DNA from: Candidatus Delongbacteria bacterium
GTDB taxonomy: Bacteria; CAIWAD01
NCBI GenBank assembly: GCA_963663545.1
Contig: OY760505.1
Location: 1,568,001-1,632,000, forward strand
DNA length: 64,000 nt
Reading direction: 5' to 3'
A model generated the notes under the pieces. That model did no database searches. It was not told the origin of the DNA and worked only from the letters and a program-made list of their open reading frames with translations. This document shows positions 18,579 to 28,674 of this stretch, one piece after another (within the stretch, counting starts at the first letter, position 1; each line of letters starts with the position of its first letter). The translations under genes were made by a program, and so were the position numbers.

Positions 18579-19775
18579 ATGTGGAACAATACCGTGCGCG
18601 TCGCCAGCGCCTTACTGATGATCGTTCTGCTGGCCTGCACCAGCGCAATTGCCGAGGACAGCCGTCAGGTACCGGCAACCGGCATGGCCAACATCGAGGG
18701 CAACAACACCATGGCCGCTCGCGACGCAGCCATTCGCGACGCCATGCGCAAGGCGGTGGAAACCGGCCTGGGCACCATGATCGAGAGCCAGACCGTCGTC
18801 GAAAACTTTGCCCTGCTCAACGATAGAATCTACAGCCGCTCCCAGGGCTTCGTCAGCAGCTACGAGGTCATCTCCGAGAAGGAGGAGCACGGCAGCTATG
18901 TCGTCGCGATAAATGCTGTGGTCAACATGAATCAGCTCGGCAACGATCTGCGCAGTATCGGCATGCTGCAGGATATGGTGGGCAAGCCGCGCATGATGAT
19001 CATGATCGACGAGTACTGGTGGGATCCCGGTCTTCCCGCCAGCCAGCAGCGCGCAGTGGAAGACCCCAGCAGCGCCGCCCGCATCGCGGAGAACTTCATC
19101 AACCGCGGTTTCTCGTTGGTCGATCGCGATATGGTGGCCAAGCTGCGCTCGCAGGAAATGATGATGATGCAGGATCTGATGGACAATCCCGACGCCATGG
19201 GCGATCTGGCCCGCAAGGCGGCAGAGGAGTATCAGGCTGAAGTGCTGATCATCGGCACTTGCAAAGTCGAACCCGTATCCGATACTGGTGGCCGCTACAC
19301 GGCAAACGCCGTCTTCGACTGCAAGATGGTCAACACCTCCACGGGTGCGATGATCGGAGCCAAGCAGTACAACCAGTCCGGTGCCAGTGTATCACCGGAG
19401 GGTGCCCGTAGTCAGGCCGCCATGCGCGCAGGCGACGGTGTCAGCTCCACGCTCATTGACCAGGTGCTGCAGCATTGGCAGGCCAAGGCCAACAACGGCC
19501 AGGATTTCATTGTCAAACTTTATGGTGTCGAGAGCTACGTGCAGCAGGGAATGCGCTTCCTGAAGGCCCTGAAGGGCATCGCCGGTGTGACACAGGCTCA
19601 GAAGCGAACCTGGGATGAACCGTTACAGCGCATGGAAGTAGACGTCACCTACAAAGGCGGAGATGTGGACGACTTGACGATGGCCATTGTTGAAGCGGTG
19701 ATGGATCAGCCGGGCTTCGAGAACATTGACCTGCGTGAGTCCAAGGGCAACAACATCAACCTCTACTTGAAGTAG
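18579..19775 (+). CDS. Exported protein with FlgT N-terminal-like domain
   Basis: Signal peptide; ATG-A-I...ARDAAIRDAMRKAVE...SQGFVSSYEVISE pattern, followed by a KPRMMIMIDE alpha/beta domain. Confidence 0.75.
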   Translation: MWNNTVRVASALLMIVLLACTSAIAEDSRQVPATGMANIEGNNTMAARDAAIRDAMRKAVETGLGTMIESQTVVENFALLNDRIYSRSQGFVSSYEVISEKEEHGSYVVAINAVVNMNQLGNDLRSIGMLQDMVGKPRMMIMIDEYWWDPGLPASQQRAVEDPSSAARIAENFINRGFSLVDRDMVAKLRSQEMMMMQDLMDNPDAMGDLARKAAEEYQAEVLIIGTCKVEPVSDTGGRYTANAVFDCKMVNTSTGAMIGAKQYNQSGASVSPEGARSQAAMRAGDGVSSTLIDQVLQHWQAKANNGQDFIVKLYGVESYVQQGMRFLKALKGIAGVTQAQKRTWDEPLQRMEVDVTYKGGDVDDLTMAIVEAVMDQPGFENIDLRESKGNNINLYLK

Positions 19776-19797
19776 CCCACTAGAGCACGATTCGCAG

Positions 19798-19830
19798 GGA
19801 TCCTTCCGGTTCGCCGCGAAGGATCCTTTT
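19798..19830 (+). terminator. Rho-independent terminator/attenuator between the two FlgT-like genes
   Basis: GGATCCTTC-CGG-TTCG-CCG-C-GAAGGATCC followed by TTTT. Confidence 0.7.
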
Positions 19831-19846
19831 CATAGGAGGCCAGGCA

Positions 19847-22033
19847 GTGACATCGGCACGGCGAGTATTCCCTCTTCTTCTGATCCTCGGTTTGCTGTTT
19901 CCCCTTCACCTTTACGCGGCTTCCCCCGAGTTGGCTGTGACGGGGCTGTACCTGGCCGCTGGGCGCGACGTTGACGCGGATTTTGTCCAGGCGCGCGGTG
20001 GTGAGCTGGTGCAGCAGGAAAGCGCAAAACTGGTGCAGCGTCTATCAGCGGTCGACGGCTGGCGTGTTGCACCGGATTTCATCAGCGATCCTGCAGCAAG
20101 CATTCATAGTTGGCAAGAGGCGGGTAGTCGCATTTATGTGCGCGCCATTGTGACACGCGCAGATGCACGTAGCACAACCTACTTCGGCGGTATCACCCTT
20201 TGGTTGCTGAATGTCGGCACGCGTCTGGAATTCTTCGATCTGCGCAGCGGCCAAGTGCACTATGGATGCAGCTTTACGGTGCGCGTACCTATCGAAGCGG
20301 GCGCAGAATTGGATCCGCAGCTTCGCAGCGAACAATATGCTCACGCGCTCACACGCAGCCTGGAGGAATGCTGTGCACGCGCTGCGCGCGAGTACAAACC
20401 GGGCACTCTCGAGTGTCACGTTGTGGATCGCGAAGGGAGCGACGTCATTCTGGATCACGGCCGCAAGAACGGTTTGCTGGCGGGTCAAGTGCTCGCGTGC
20501 AGTGATGGAAGCGGCGCCGGATGGATGCTGCGTATCACGCATGTCGAGGAGGCCTTCAGTCTGGCAAGTGTGCTCGCATCAACGGGCATCGCGCCCATGC
20601 CTCCGCGTGGATCACGCGCAAACTTGGATGGCATCAACCAGGGCAACACGCAGGGCTCGGCCATTGCCGTCGCTGGTGTGAATCCCGGTGCCAAAGAAGC
20701 GTTGGATCCCAGCTTTCTGGTTGAGTCCGCCACCATGGCGCAATGGCTGCATGACGCGCTTGTGGACAAGAGCGAGTTGCGCATGCTGCCGCCACTATCG
20801 GTGAGTGCTGCCGGTGACGCCGGATCGCTGGCGACAGCCTTCTTCCATGCTCAGGCTGATTTCAGCGCAGTAGGCGACATCGGCCAACAGGACATCATCG
20901 GCCATCGCGCACTGCCGGATCTGCTGATTCGTGGCACCATTACTCACGCCGTTAATCTGCGCAGCCAGCGCCTGGGCTACGAGGCGCAAACCCTGCGTCT
21001 GGGACTATTGCTCGAGCTCTATGATCGTCGCACGCGTGAAGTGCTAAGCGTTGTATCACATGAAGTGACACGACTGGAGAAGCAGAACGAGCGTTATCAC
21101 CAGGTGGACTTGGAGACAGCTTGGCGTGAACTGGCCCAGCAACTCATGCGTGAAGGCGCAGCACTGCTGGCAAAGAAGCCCCTTGGCCAGAGCCGTGAGT
21201 TTGTGCTACAGACGAACAGCACTCCCGAACGCCTGTTGCTGAATCAGCCTGCCCCTGCGGGAAGTCGCGGAAGTCTGCTCCGGACATTGCGCGAGATTCG
21301 TGATACAAAGGGAGTCCTCCTTGGCAACCTGCGCAAGGAAATCGGTGTTGCCAGTGTGCGCTTCGACGGTACCGCCCAACTGCTTCTTGGCGATGGGACC
21401 AGCACGCCTCAACAAGGCGACATCTTACTCCTGTCACACGGAGTACAGGCGAGCAAACCCGTCGTCATGCTGGGCGACCTGAACATTGGTGGCCCCAAGG
21501 TGCGCGAAGACTGGGCTCCGACGCCAGCTCTAGTACTGACTTGGGCACATCGCGAACTAAGCCTTGCCGACTGCTTCCGATTGCTTCCGCCCGCGCGTTT
21601 GGCTGCAGAAGCCGGTGCGGCAGAAGTGGCAATGGCAATGGGGGAATTCACCGCCACCAATATGTCCGAGCTGATTATGCAGGATGAGCCTGCACCCGAG
21701 TTGCTACTCAATCTGCGCGTTGGCCTGGGACGCTGGGTAGTCGAAGAGGACAAGTTCCGCAATCGTGTTACCTTCACTACCGGTGTAGAAGCCACATTGG
21801 TACGCGCTGATAACGGCGAGGCCGTCGCCTGGTTCAGCACAAAGGACGGGCCTTCGGCGAGTGTAAAAAAGTCCTGGAACCTGGTCCGCGAGCAGGAGCT
21901 TTCGCAGGGCAAGGTGGTGCAGGGTGTCACGGAGACAGAGTTTCCCGAGCAATTGGATCAATGCCTGGAAGAGTGCCTACGTCAGCTTCTGGGAACGCTG
22001 GGCGATCAGCTCGTGATACAACCACTTGACTAA
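19847..22033 (+). CDS. Large exported protein with FlgT middle/C-terminal-like repeats
   Basis: AGGAGG RBS, signal peptide; VILDHGRKNGLLAGQVL motif; repeated (M/L)LPP...A...A...F...PDLL/PELL modules. Confidence 0.65.
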   Translation: MTSARRVFPLLLILGLLFPLHLYAASPELAVTGLYLAAGRDVDADFVQARGGELVQQESAKLVQRLSAVDGWRVAPDFISDPAASIHSWQEAGSRIYVRAIVTRADARSTTYFGGITLWLLNVGTRLEFFDLRSGQVHYGCSFTVRVPIEAGAELDPQLRSEQYAHALTRSLEECCARAAREYKPGTLECHVVDREGSDVILDHGRKNGLLAGQVLACSDGSGAGWMLRITHVEEAFSLASVLASTGIAPMPPRGSRANLDGINQGNTQGSAIAVAGVNPGAKEALDPSFLVESATMAQWLHDALVDKSELRMLPPLSVSAAGDAGSLATAFFHAQADFSAVGDIGQQDIIGHRALPDLLIRGTITHAVNLRSQRLGYEAQTLRLGLLLELYDRRTREVLSVVSHEVTRLEKQNERYHQVDLETAWRELAQQLMREGAALLAKKPLGQSREFVLQTNSTPERLLLNQPAPAGSRGSLLRTLREIRDTKGVLLGNLRKEIGVASVRFDGTAQLLLGDGTSTPQQGDILLLSHGVQASKPVVMLGDLNIGGPKVREDWAPTPALVLTWAHRELSLADCFRLLPPARLAAEAGAAEVAMAMGEFTATNMSELIMQDEPAPELLLNLRVGLGRWVVEEDKFRNRVTFTTGVEATLVRADNGEAVAWFSTKDGPSASVKKSWNLVREQELSQGKVVQGVTETEFPEQLDQCLEECLRQLLGTLGDQLVIQPLD

Positions 22034-22047
22034 GCGGGAGTGAGACA

Positions 22048-22821
22048 ATGAGTCTGCTTTCTACCTATACGACCGACAGCGTCGCACTTGTGTCCATCTC
22101 CCGCCCAGGAGCTCAGAACCGCTTGAACCGTGCCCTGGTGGACGAGTTACGGGCCTGCGTGCAGCGACTCAACGAGGACCACAGCGTTCGCGCAGTTGTG
22201 CTGAGCGCTTCCGGCTCCCATTTCTGCGGTGGTGTGGATCTGGAATCCCTTCCACCCAGCGACAACACAGATTCCCTGCTGCTGGCAAAGGATCTGCTGC
22301 ACCTTATGCGCGAGATCCGCGAGAGCCCCTTGACCTGGATCGCCGCTGTGCAAGGCCCGGCCTTTGGAGCCGGTCTCGCCCTCGCTGTTGCCTGTGACCT
22401 GCTGATGGCCGATCGTGAACACGCAAGCTTCGCCTTTCCTGAAACTCAGCAGGGTTTGATTCCTGCGCTAGCCGCCGAGCATCTGATCTTGCGCATCGGC
22501 GAGCGGCACGCCCGGGACCTGTTGCTTAGCGGACGCACCATCAAGGCTCGCACGGCACAGCGCATTGGTCTGGTCAATGAGCTATCCGAGGGAGGCCAGG
22601 CTGTAGCGCTTGCGGGTGCACGAGGACGAGCGATTGCCACGCAGTGCAGTCGCGGCGCCGTGGCCGCCACCAAGCGTCTGTTGAATGATTTGTGGGGAAT
22701 GGGCAAAGCGGCCGATGACCGCTGTCTGCAGGCGTTCAGTCAGCAACTTGGCAGCGGCACCTATCGAAGCGCCTGGCCCTCCCTGTTGGCGGGTAAAAGC
22801 CCCGACTGGCAAAACGAGTAG
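22048..22821 (+). CDS. Enoyl-CoA hydratase/isomerase family protein
   Basis: FCGGVDL, IAAVQGPAFGAG, ACD, FAFPE-GLIP, A-RIGLVNE crotonase motifs. Confidence 0.9.
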   Translation: MSLLSTYTTDSVALVSISRPGAQNRLNRALVDELRACVQRLNEDHSVRAVVLSASGSHFCGGVDLESLPPSDNTDSLLLAKDLLHLMREIRESPLTWIAAVQGPAFGAGLALAVACDLLMADREHASFAFPETQQGLIPALAAEHLILRIGERHARDLLLSGRTIKARTAQRIGLVNELSEGGQAVALAGARGRAIATQCSRGAVAATKRLLNDLWGMGKAADDRCLQAFSQQLGSGTYRSAWPSLLAGKSPDWQNE

Positions 22822-22825
22822 GCGA

Positions 22826-23365
22826 TCAGCGTAACAACTCGTGGGCAAGATCCCTGTGTATCACGCGGTACGCGGGACGATAGAGCCTCCCATACTGCAT
22901 CGTGTGGTGCATGCCGGGGAAGCCCAAGCTGGCCATCTTCAACCCCAGTTCCTTGGCCGTGTCCGCCGAAAAGGGCATCCGACCCTCTGCGGCCAGCAGC
23001 ACAACCGTCTGCCAGTAGTCAAGGAACTCATCGCGATTTGCGCTTCGTGTGTCACAAGTTTTTACGAAGGCGCGCTGCAGCCATTCTGCCGTACCGCCTC
23101 TGTTCAGGTAGGGACGAAAATTCAGGCGTACAATCCCTCCCGTCGCACTGATCGTCTCCAGCAATTCCTCTTTCATGCCGGGAGACGTGGCAAGCATGTC
23201 CAGTTCGTTCTGAATCACGCGCAGAACGTAAGCAGGGTCCTGCGGGGGTGTGCAGCCTAGCGTGGCTTGGTGACACAGCTTGTACATGTCGTCGAGCTGC
23301 ATTTGCGGACGGCGTTCAATGTGATACAGCAACAGCGCTCGTACAGTGGAAACTTCGTTCGGCAT
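22826..23365 (-). CDS. Hypothetical protein
   Basis: ORF directly after the 23367 gene; DMYKLCHQ, VRLNFRPY, HH-Y-Y-PAYRV; start moved to ATG 23365 to avoid overlap. Confidence 0.65.
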   Translation of the reverse strand: MPNEVSTVRALLLYHIERRPQMQLDDMYKLCHQATLGCTPPQDPAYVLRVIQNELDMLATSPGMKEELLETISATGGIVRLNFRPYLNRGGTAEWLQRAFVKTCDTRSANRDEFLDYWQTVVLLAAEGRMPFSADTAKELGLKMASLGFPGMHHTMQYGRLYRPAYRVIHRDLAHELLR

Positions 23366-23366
23366 C

Positions 23367-23894
23367 TCAGGACCGCTGCACCTGGCTGAGCAGAGTTGAC
23401 AAATCACCTTCCGCGCGCACTTGAACAGCCAAGCCGCCGCTAGTGAGATGCAAAGCCAGTTGGTGCACGAGCAGGCCTGGAGCTCGCAATTGAAGCAGTT
23501 TACGCCACGAGAACAACAAGCTGTCTCCACGCCGTGTCACAGGAACATGAGGCGTGATACGTTCGGCAAGCTGATCCAGTAGTTTGCCGCGCTGCGAATC
23601 AATAAGGCTCTTTGCCATGGCATTGAGCATGCCGTTCAACTGCAACTCCAACTCGAGCAGGCCAATTTCCAACTCGTCCTCACGCACAGCCAGCTGTAGT
23701 CGCGCGCGCACAGGAAGGACATCGGGCAACATGGGAATGCGCTGTGGCAGCCGCACGCTCGCGTGCAGGTCCAGGCCTTCCTTGCAGGCATCCACCCGAA
23801 GCGACTCCAACTCGGCGCGAGCCTCAACGGCGCGCTGGGCCAGTGCGTTCAACTCGGTGGCATCCAGCCAAAGGTTCAGTGGCTCAAGCTTCAT
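23367..23894 (-). CDS. Hypothetical protein
   Basis: 175 aa ORF whose start overlaps the mutS stop. Confidence 0.65.
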   Translation of the reverse strand: MKLEPLNLWLDATELNALAQRAVEARAELESLRVDACKEGLDLHASVRLPQRIPMLPDVLPVRARLQLAVREDELEIGLLELELQLNGMLNAMAKSLIDSQRGKLLDQLAERITPHVPVTRRGDSLLFSWRKLLQLRAPGLLVHQLALHLTSGGLAVQVRAEGDLSTLLSQVQRS

Positions 23895-26515
23895 TATCCA
23901 TCCAGACTGTGTTTCAGCTCTATCAATAATTGCATTGCCTGCAGCGGAGTCATCTGCTCCACATCCGCCTCACGCAGCTTGCGACGCAGGTCCTGGTCAG
24001 GCGAGCTGAACAGAGTAAGCTGCTGCGCCGGAGCGGACTCGGCCACACGAGGTACCTGCTGTAGCGTCGGCGTTAGATCAGCCGAATACTCGTGGGCTTC
24101 CAATTGGCCAAGGACCTCGCGGGCACGTTGTATCACAGTTCCAGGTAGACCAGCCATGCGTGCTACATCAATACCGTAGCTGTGACTGCAACCCCCTGGC
24201 AACACACGCCGCGTAAACAACACGCGATCGCCGTACTGACGCACTTCGATGTTGTAGTTGCGCAGACGCACCAGGCTTCGCTCCAGATCCACGAGTTCGT
24301 GATAGTGCGTCGCAAACAGCGTTAAGGGACGGCACTCGCGGCTGTCGTGTAAATACTCGGTGATCGCCCAGGCGAGTGACAAGCCGTCGAAGGTGCTAGT
24401 ACCGCGACCGATCTCGTCCAGTAGCACCAGACTGCGCGATGTGGCGTTGTTCAGGATGAAAGCCGCCTCGTTCATCTCCACAAGGAAGGTGGATTCACCG
24501 CGGGCCAGGTTATCACTGGCGCCAACACGTGTGAAAATCTGGTCGCGCAATGGAATGCGTGCTACAGCCGCCGGGACAAAGGAACCCATGTGCGCCAACA
24601 GAGTGATCAACCCCACCATGCGCAGATAAGTGCTCTTGCCCGCCATATTCGGCCCCGTCAGCAGCATCAGTTGCTCGCGCTCGCTTGAAAGCACCACATC
24701 GTTGGGAATGAAGCTTTCCCCTGCAGGCAACACCTGCTCGATAACAGGATGCCGGGCTTCCGTCAGGTGCAGCTCGCCGTCGTCCACGACCTGCGGTTCG
24801 CACCAGTTCTGCCTAACGGCCACAGTGGCCAGACAGAGCAGCAGATCCAACTCCGCCAACCTCGCTGCATTGCGTTGTAACACGGTGAAGTGCGGAATCA
24901 TCTCCTGCACTAGCTCCCAGAAGAGCTCCTGCTCCAACTCACAAATGTGCTCTTCGGCGTGGAGGACCTTGTCCTCGTGCTCCTTCAGATCCTCTGTGAT
25001 GAAGCGCTCAGCGTTGGCTAGTGTTTGTCTGCGGATGTAGCTCTCCGGCACACGATCCAGATTGGAGCGTGACACTTCGATGTGATACCCGAAGACACGG
25101 TTGTATTTGATTTTCAGACTGCTGATTCCGGTGCGCTCGCGTTCTCGCTCCTCGAAGCGTTTCAGCCAGTCCTTGCCCGTGGCGATGATTTCGCGCAGCT
25201 CGTCCAGGCGTGCGCTGACTCCATCGCGAATCAATCCACCCTGATTGATCGCGAGCGGAGGCTCGGCCACAATGGTCTGCTGAATGCGACAGAGCGTGTC
25301 CGGTAGCGGGTCCAACGCCTCTCGAAGCTCGATCAGGCGCCCACTCTCCTTGTCGGAAAGTGTATCACGGAGTCCAGGAATCTCGCTCAGCGCCGCTGCC
25401 AGAACCCGCAGGTCACGTCCGTTGGCCTTGCCGGCAGCGAGTCGAGCCACAATGCGCTCCAAATCGCCGATTCGGGTCAGCGGATCATGAAGGCGATTTC
25501 GTGTATCACCGTCGTCCACCAGCTCGCGCACAGCCTGCTGCCGTTCGTGAATTTCACTCAGGACCGAAGGGAGGGTCCACAGGCGAGCAATGAGCAGGCG
25601 TCTTCCCATGGGTGTCAGCGTGTGATCCAGCACACTGAGCAGCGTCGGGCCATCGCCGGAGAGACTGTGTACCAGCTCTAGATTGCGCCTGGTGCTGGGG
25701 TCCAACAGCAGGTTATTGCTCAGGTCGTGACGGCGAATACCCGCCATGTGCACAGGATCGCGGCGCAGATTCTCGCGCAAATACCCCAGCAGGGCTCCAC
25801 AACTGGCAACGGCTCCCGGCTCATCTTCGATGCCGAATCCACGCAGTGAATGAACGCCGAAGTGCTCCAGTAAATCGCGCCGTGCTGTCCCCGCATCAAA
25901 AAACCAGTCTTCGATGCGTGTGACAACCGCCTTGGCACATATGGGTTTGAGCTGCTGTTGTTGGCTTCGTGATACAAGAATTTCGGCTGGCTCAAGCGAG
26001 GCGAGCATCAGGTTCAAATCTCGCGAACTGAACTCGCCCGTGTTGAACTCACCAGTGGTCACATCGGCCCAGGCCAGGCCGTAGCCCTTTTGTGTGACAC
26101 AAAGCGCGGCCAGAAAATTATTGGCGCTGTTGGCCGTGACGGCTGCGGTGAAATTCGTTCCCGCGGTCACGACCTCAACTACATCGCGCTTCACCAGTCC
26201 TTTGGCTTTGCGCGGATCCTCCACTTGCTCGCAGATGGCTACCCGATAGCCGGCGCGTACCATCTTCTCAAGCTGCGGCTCCAACTGGTGATACGGGAAG
26301 CCAGCCAGAGGAACATCCTCACCGCCCTGCTGTCCGCGTGAGGTTATGACAATACCCAGCACCTTGTGCGCCGTGTGGGCATCCTCAAAAAACATCTCGT
26401 AGAAGTCGCCCATGCGATAGAAGAGCACGTGCCCCGGATAGCGATCCTTGATCTCGGCATACTGCTTCAGCATGGGTGTGCCGTTCTTGCGGGTAGCAGA
26501 TGCGCTTTCGCTCAT
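23894..26515 (-). CDS. mutS: DNA mismatch repair protein MutS
   Basis: TPMLKQY, FYRMGDFYEMF, TGPNMAGKST, DEIGRGT, FATHYHEL, SYGIDVA. Confidence 0.97.
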   Translation of the reverse strand: MSESASATRKNGTPMLKQYAEIKDRYPGHVLFYRMGDFYEMFFEDAHTAHKVLGIVITSRGQQGGEDVPLAGFPYHQLEPQLEKMVRAGYRVAICEQVEDPRKAKGLVKRDVVEVVTAGTNFTAAVTANSANNFLAALCVTQKGYGLAWADVTTGEFNTGEFSSRDLNLMLASLEPAEILVSRSQQQQLKPICAKAVVTRIEDWFFDAGTARRDLLEHFGVHSLRGFGIEDEPGAVASCGALLGYLRENLRRDPVHMAGIRRHDLSNNLLLDPSTRRNLELVHSLSGDGPTLLSVLDHTLTPMGRRLLIARLWTLPSVLSEIHERQQAVRELVDDGDTRNRLHDPLTRIGDLERIVARLAAGKANGRDLRVLAAALSEIPGLRDTLSDKESGRLIELREALDPLPDTLCRIQQTIVAEPPLAINQGGLIRDGVSARLDELREIIATGKDWLKRFEERERERTGISSLKIKYNRVFGYHIEVSRSNLDRVPESYIRRQTLANAERFITEDLKEHEDKVLHAEEHICELEQELFWELVQEMIPHFTVLQRNAARLAELDLLLCLATVAVRQNWCEPQVVDDGELHLTEARHPVIEQVLPAGESFIPNDVVLSSEREQLMLLTGPNMAGKSTYLRMVGLITLLAHMGSFVPAAVARIPLRDQIFTRVGASDNLARGESTFLVEMNEAAFILNNATSRSLVLLDEIGRGTSTFDGLSLAWAITEYLHDSRECRPLTLFATHYHELVDLERSLVRLRNYNIEVRQYGDRVLFTRRVLPGGCSHSYGIDVARMAGLPGTVIQRAREVLGQLEAHEYSADLTPTLQQVPRVAESAPAQQLTLFSSPDQDLRRKLREADVEQMTPLQAMQLLIELKHSLDG

Positions 26516-27168
26516 GGCACCAACTCCGCCGCTTCTTTGATACTGAAATCGTTAATCCAGCCACGTGAGCGCCAGAGGGTCGCTTCGTCTTTCGCGTCCG
26601 CTTTTGAAGAAAATCCACCTGCCAGCGCGTAATACAAACGGCCATCGTGTGATACACGAGTGGCAACGCCGTGCTCTTCCAGCCTTCTGAGCGCTCGTTC
26701 TGCATTCGCTTCGGTAGAAAATGCGCCCACCTGCACCAGCCAATCTGCGCGATCGGGCAACAAGTCGCAGCGATAGCTCTCTTCATGCTGACGCAAACGC
26801 TGCTCATACACGCGCAAACTGTCGTCCTGTCTGTGCAGACAGAACCAGTCGCACAGAACGCGATTGGCCTCTGTACGCACCCAGTCAGGGCTCGCCGGAT
26901 GTGAGGAGATGCAGCGCATCATGTTGAGCACGGCGGCTGTATCACGAACCCCAAGGCTACGCACCAGCAAACGCTCGGGCTCACTGACGCCCGCCTCTAC
27001 CTGCTTCTGCAGCGCTTGCATGTCATGGTTCAGATAGTCCGCGTGCTGTATTGCGGCGGTTGAAGTCCGCAGACAAAGCAGCAAAGAAGCGACAAGCAGG
27101 AACGCGCCTCCCATGGCTTCCCTTGTCAGGATGCGCTCTGACGTTGGTAGCTCTCCCAGCTTCCACAC
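26512..27168 (-). CDS. SPOR-domain protein
   Basis: WLVQVGAFS-EANA...GGFSSKADA; true start probably later (MGGAFLL). Confidence 0.75.
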   Translation of the reverse strand: MWKLGELPTSERILTREAMGGAFLLVASLLLCLRTSTAAIQHADYLNHDMQALQKQVEAGVSEPERLLVRSLGVRDTAAVLNMMRCISSHPASPDWVRTEANRVLCDWFCLHRQDDSLRVYEQRLRQHEESYRCDLLPDRADWLVQVGAFSTEANAERALRRLEEHGVATRVSHDGRLYYALAGGFSSKADAKDEATLWRSRGWINDFSIKEAAELVP

Positions 27169-28280
27169 GTGGGGCAGCGGAAGGGTGCCTCGGCTGCGAG
27201 CGCTCCACAGGTCTCACACTTGTACTGCTGATGACGGTGGAACATGCGCTCGGTGAACTCCAGCGCACAGCGCGAGAGCTCGTTGAAGTTCTTGCGCTTG
27301 GCAAGCAGACGAATCTGCATGCGCACCAGATCCATGTCGGCTTCAACCTGCTCGCGTCCCAGATCCAGCACCTTGAAGGCCTCGTCAAAATTGCCCTTGC
27401 GCTCCTGGAACCCTGCCATGCGCAGGTAACCGTCTGAGTTCTGGGGATTGCTGTCGATGACCTTGCGGTAGAAACTCTCGATCTCGCCAAAACGGCCCTG
27501 CTCAAAGAGCACGCGTTCAAGTCGGTCAAACACCAAGGACGCGTAGCGCGGTGCAGCGAAGGGCAACTTGGTCCAGAATACAATGGCCTCGTCGATGCGA
27601 CCTTCCTGCTCGTAGGTATCACCAATGAGCAGATAAGCAGGCGCACAGGCCGAGTAGAGCTTGATCGCATCCTTGCATTTCACGCGCGCAGCACGTCCCT
27701 TGCCGGAAGCGGCCACCTCACGGGCGGACTCGACCAGAATCAACGCCCGGCGCTGGCTCAGGTCCTTGCTTGTAACCGCCTCAAGGCGGCGCGCGCACTC
27801 GTGGGCCGCATCCCAGCGACCGAGTTGTTCCAGCAGCTTGAGACGCAGTTTGAAGGCCTCCGCCGAACGGCGATTGGACTCCAACGCCTTGTCCACAGCT
27901 TTCAGCGCAGGCTCAGGCTGTCCGGCCAGAATCAGATCCCGTGCGTACTCGCAATGGATACGGGCCATGGTCTCGGCTTGCAAACCGCCGCGAACGGTCA
28001 ACTCGCGGTGAATCTTCAGCGCCCGTTGAATCTCGCCCAACTCGCGATACACCTGACCCAATTTGATGTAGGCGCGAACCTGCTCGCTGTCCTGCTGCAC
28101 TACACGCTGCAAATGCGTTGCCGCTGTACGCCAGTCACGAACAAGCATCGCCTCGAGGCCTGAGGTGAACTCCTCTTCAGCGTTGTTGCGTTTCTTGCGC
28201 TTCAGTGCCACCAACAGAACAATGACCGCAATCGCAACGAAGGCGGCCAGGGTGAGGAAGAGGATCAGCTTGGTGATCAT
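27126..28280 (-). CDS. lapB: Lipopolysaccharide assembly protein B
   Basis: N-terminal TM, TPRs with RALKIH motif, C-terminal rubredoxin YKCETCG...CPTCGSWES. Confidence 0.85.
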   Translation of the reverse strand: MITKLILFLTLAAFVAIAVIVLLVALKRKKRNNAEEEFTSGLEAMLVRDWRTAATHLQRVVQQDSEQVRAYIKLGQVYRELGEIQRALKIHRELTVRGGLQAETMARIHCEYARDLILAGQPEPALKAVDKALESNRRSAEAFKLRLKLLEQLGRWDAAHECARRLEAVTSKDLSQRRALILVESAREVAASGKGRAARVKCKDAIKLYSACAPAYLLIGDTYEQEGRIDEAIVFWTKLPFAAPRYASLVFDRLERVLFEQGRFGEIESFYRKVIDSNPQNSDGYLRMAGFQERKGNFDEAFKVLDLGREQVEADMDLVRMQIRLLAKRKNFNELSRCALEFTERMFHRHQQYKCETCGALAAEAPFRCPTCGSWESYQRQSAS

Positions 28281-28630
28281 CGCGCGCGCTCTCCCTTGGC
28301 TGACGAGGCCGTGGAGCCCTCCTCGGGCAGCAGCTCCTCTTCCGGCAACAGGGGCAGATTACGGAGGCGGGTCAGCTCGGATTTCAAGTCAATATTTCGG
28401 CGTTCCATGCGATGCAGTTTGCGACGCAACTCCAGGGTACCGAAAAAGCTGACTACGCCCCAAAGCACGCATCCCAGAAAAATGGCGCAGAGCACGACAA
28501 CGGCCAATGCCAGCCGCAAATGCAGATTCCAGAGCGGCAGCTGCAGCGAGACCTCGGTCATGTTGACGGCGGCAAAAAGCGAGGCGTAGATCAGAACAAG
28601 AATGGTCAGGAACCAACGGATCACCCACAT
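28277..28630 (-). CDS. lapA: LapA-family membrane protein
   Basis: Two TM helices with FAAVN, coiled-coil tail ending LRNLP; directly upstream of lapB. Confidence 0.75.
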   Translation of the reverse strand: MWVIRWFLTILVLIYASLFAAVNMTEVSLQLPLWNLHLRLALAVVVLCAIFLGCVLWGVVSFFGTLELRRKLHRMERRNIDLKSELTRLRNLPLLPEEELLPEEGSTASSAKGERAR

Positions 28631-28674
28631 GGGATACCTCGATATTGACAATGGTAGTCCAAGGACGCCCTGTG

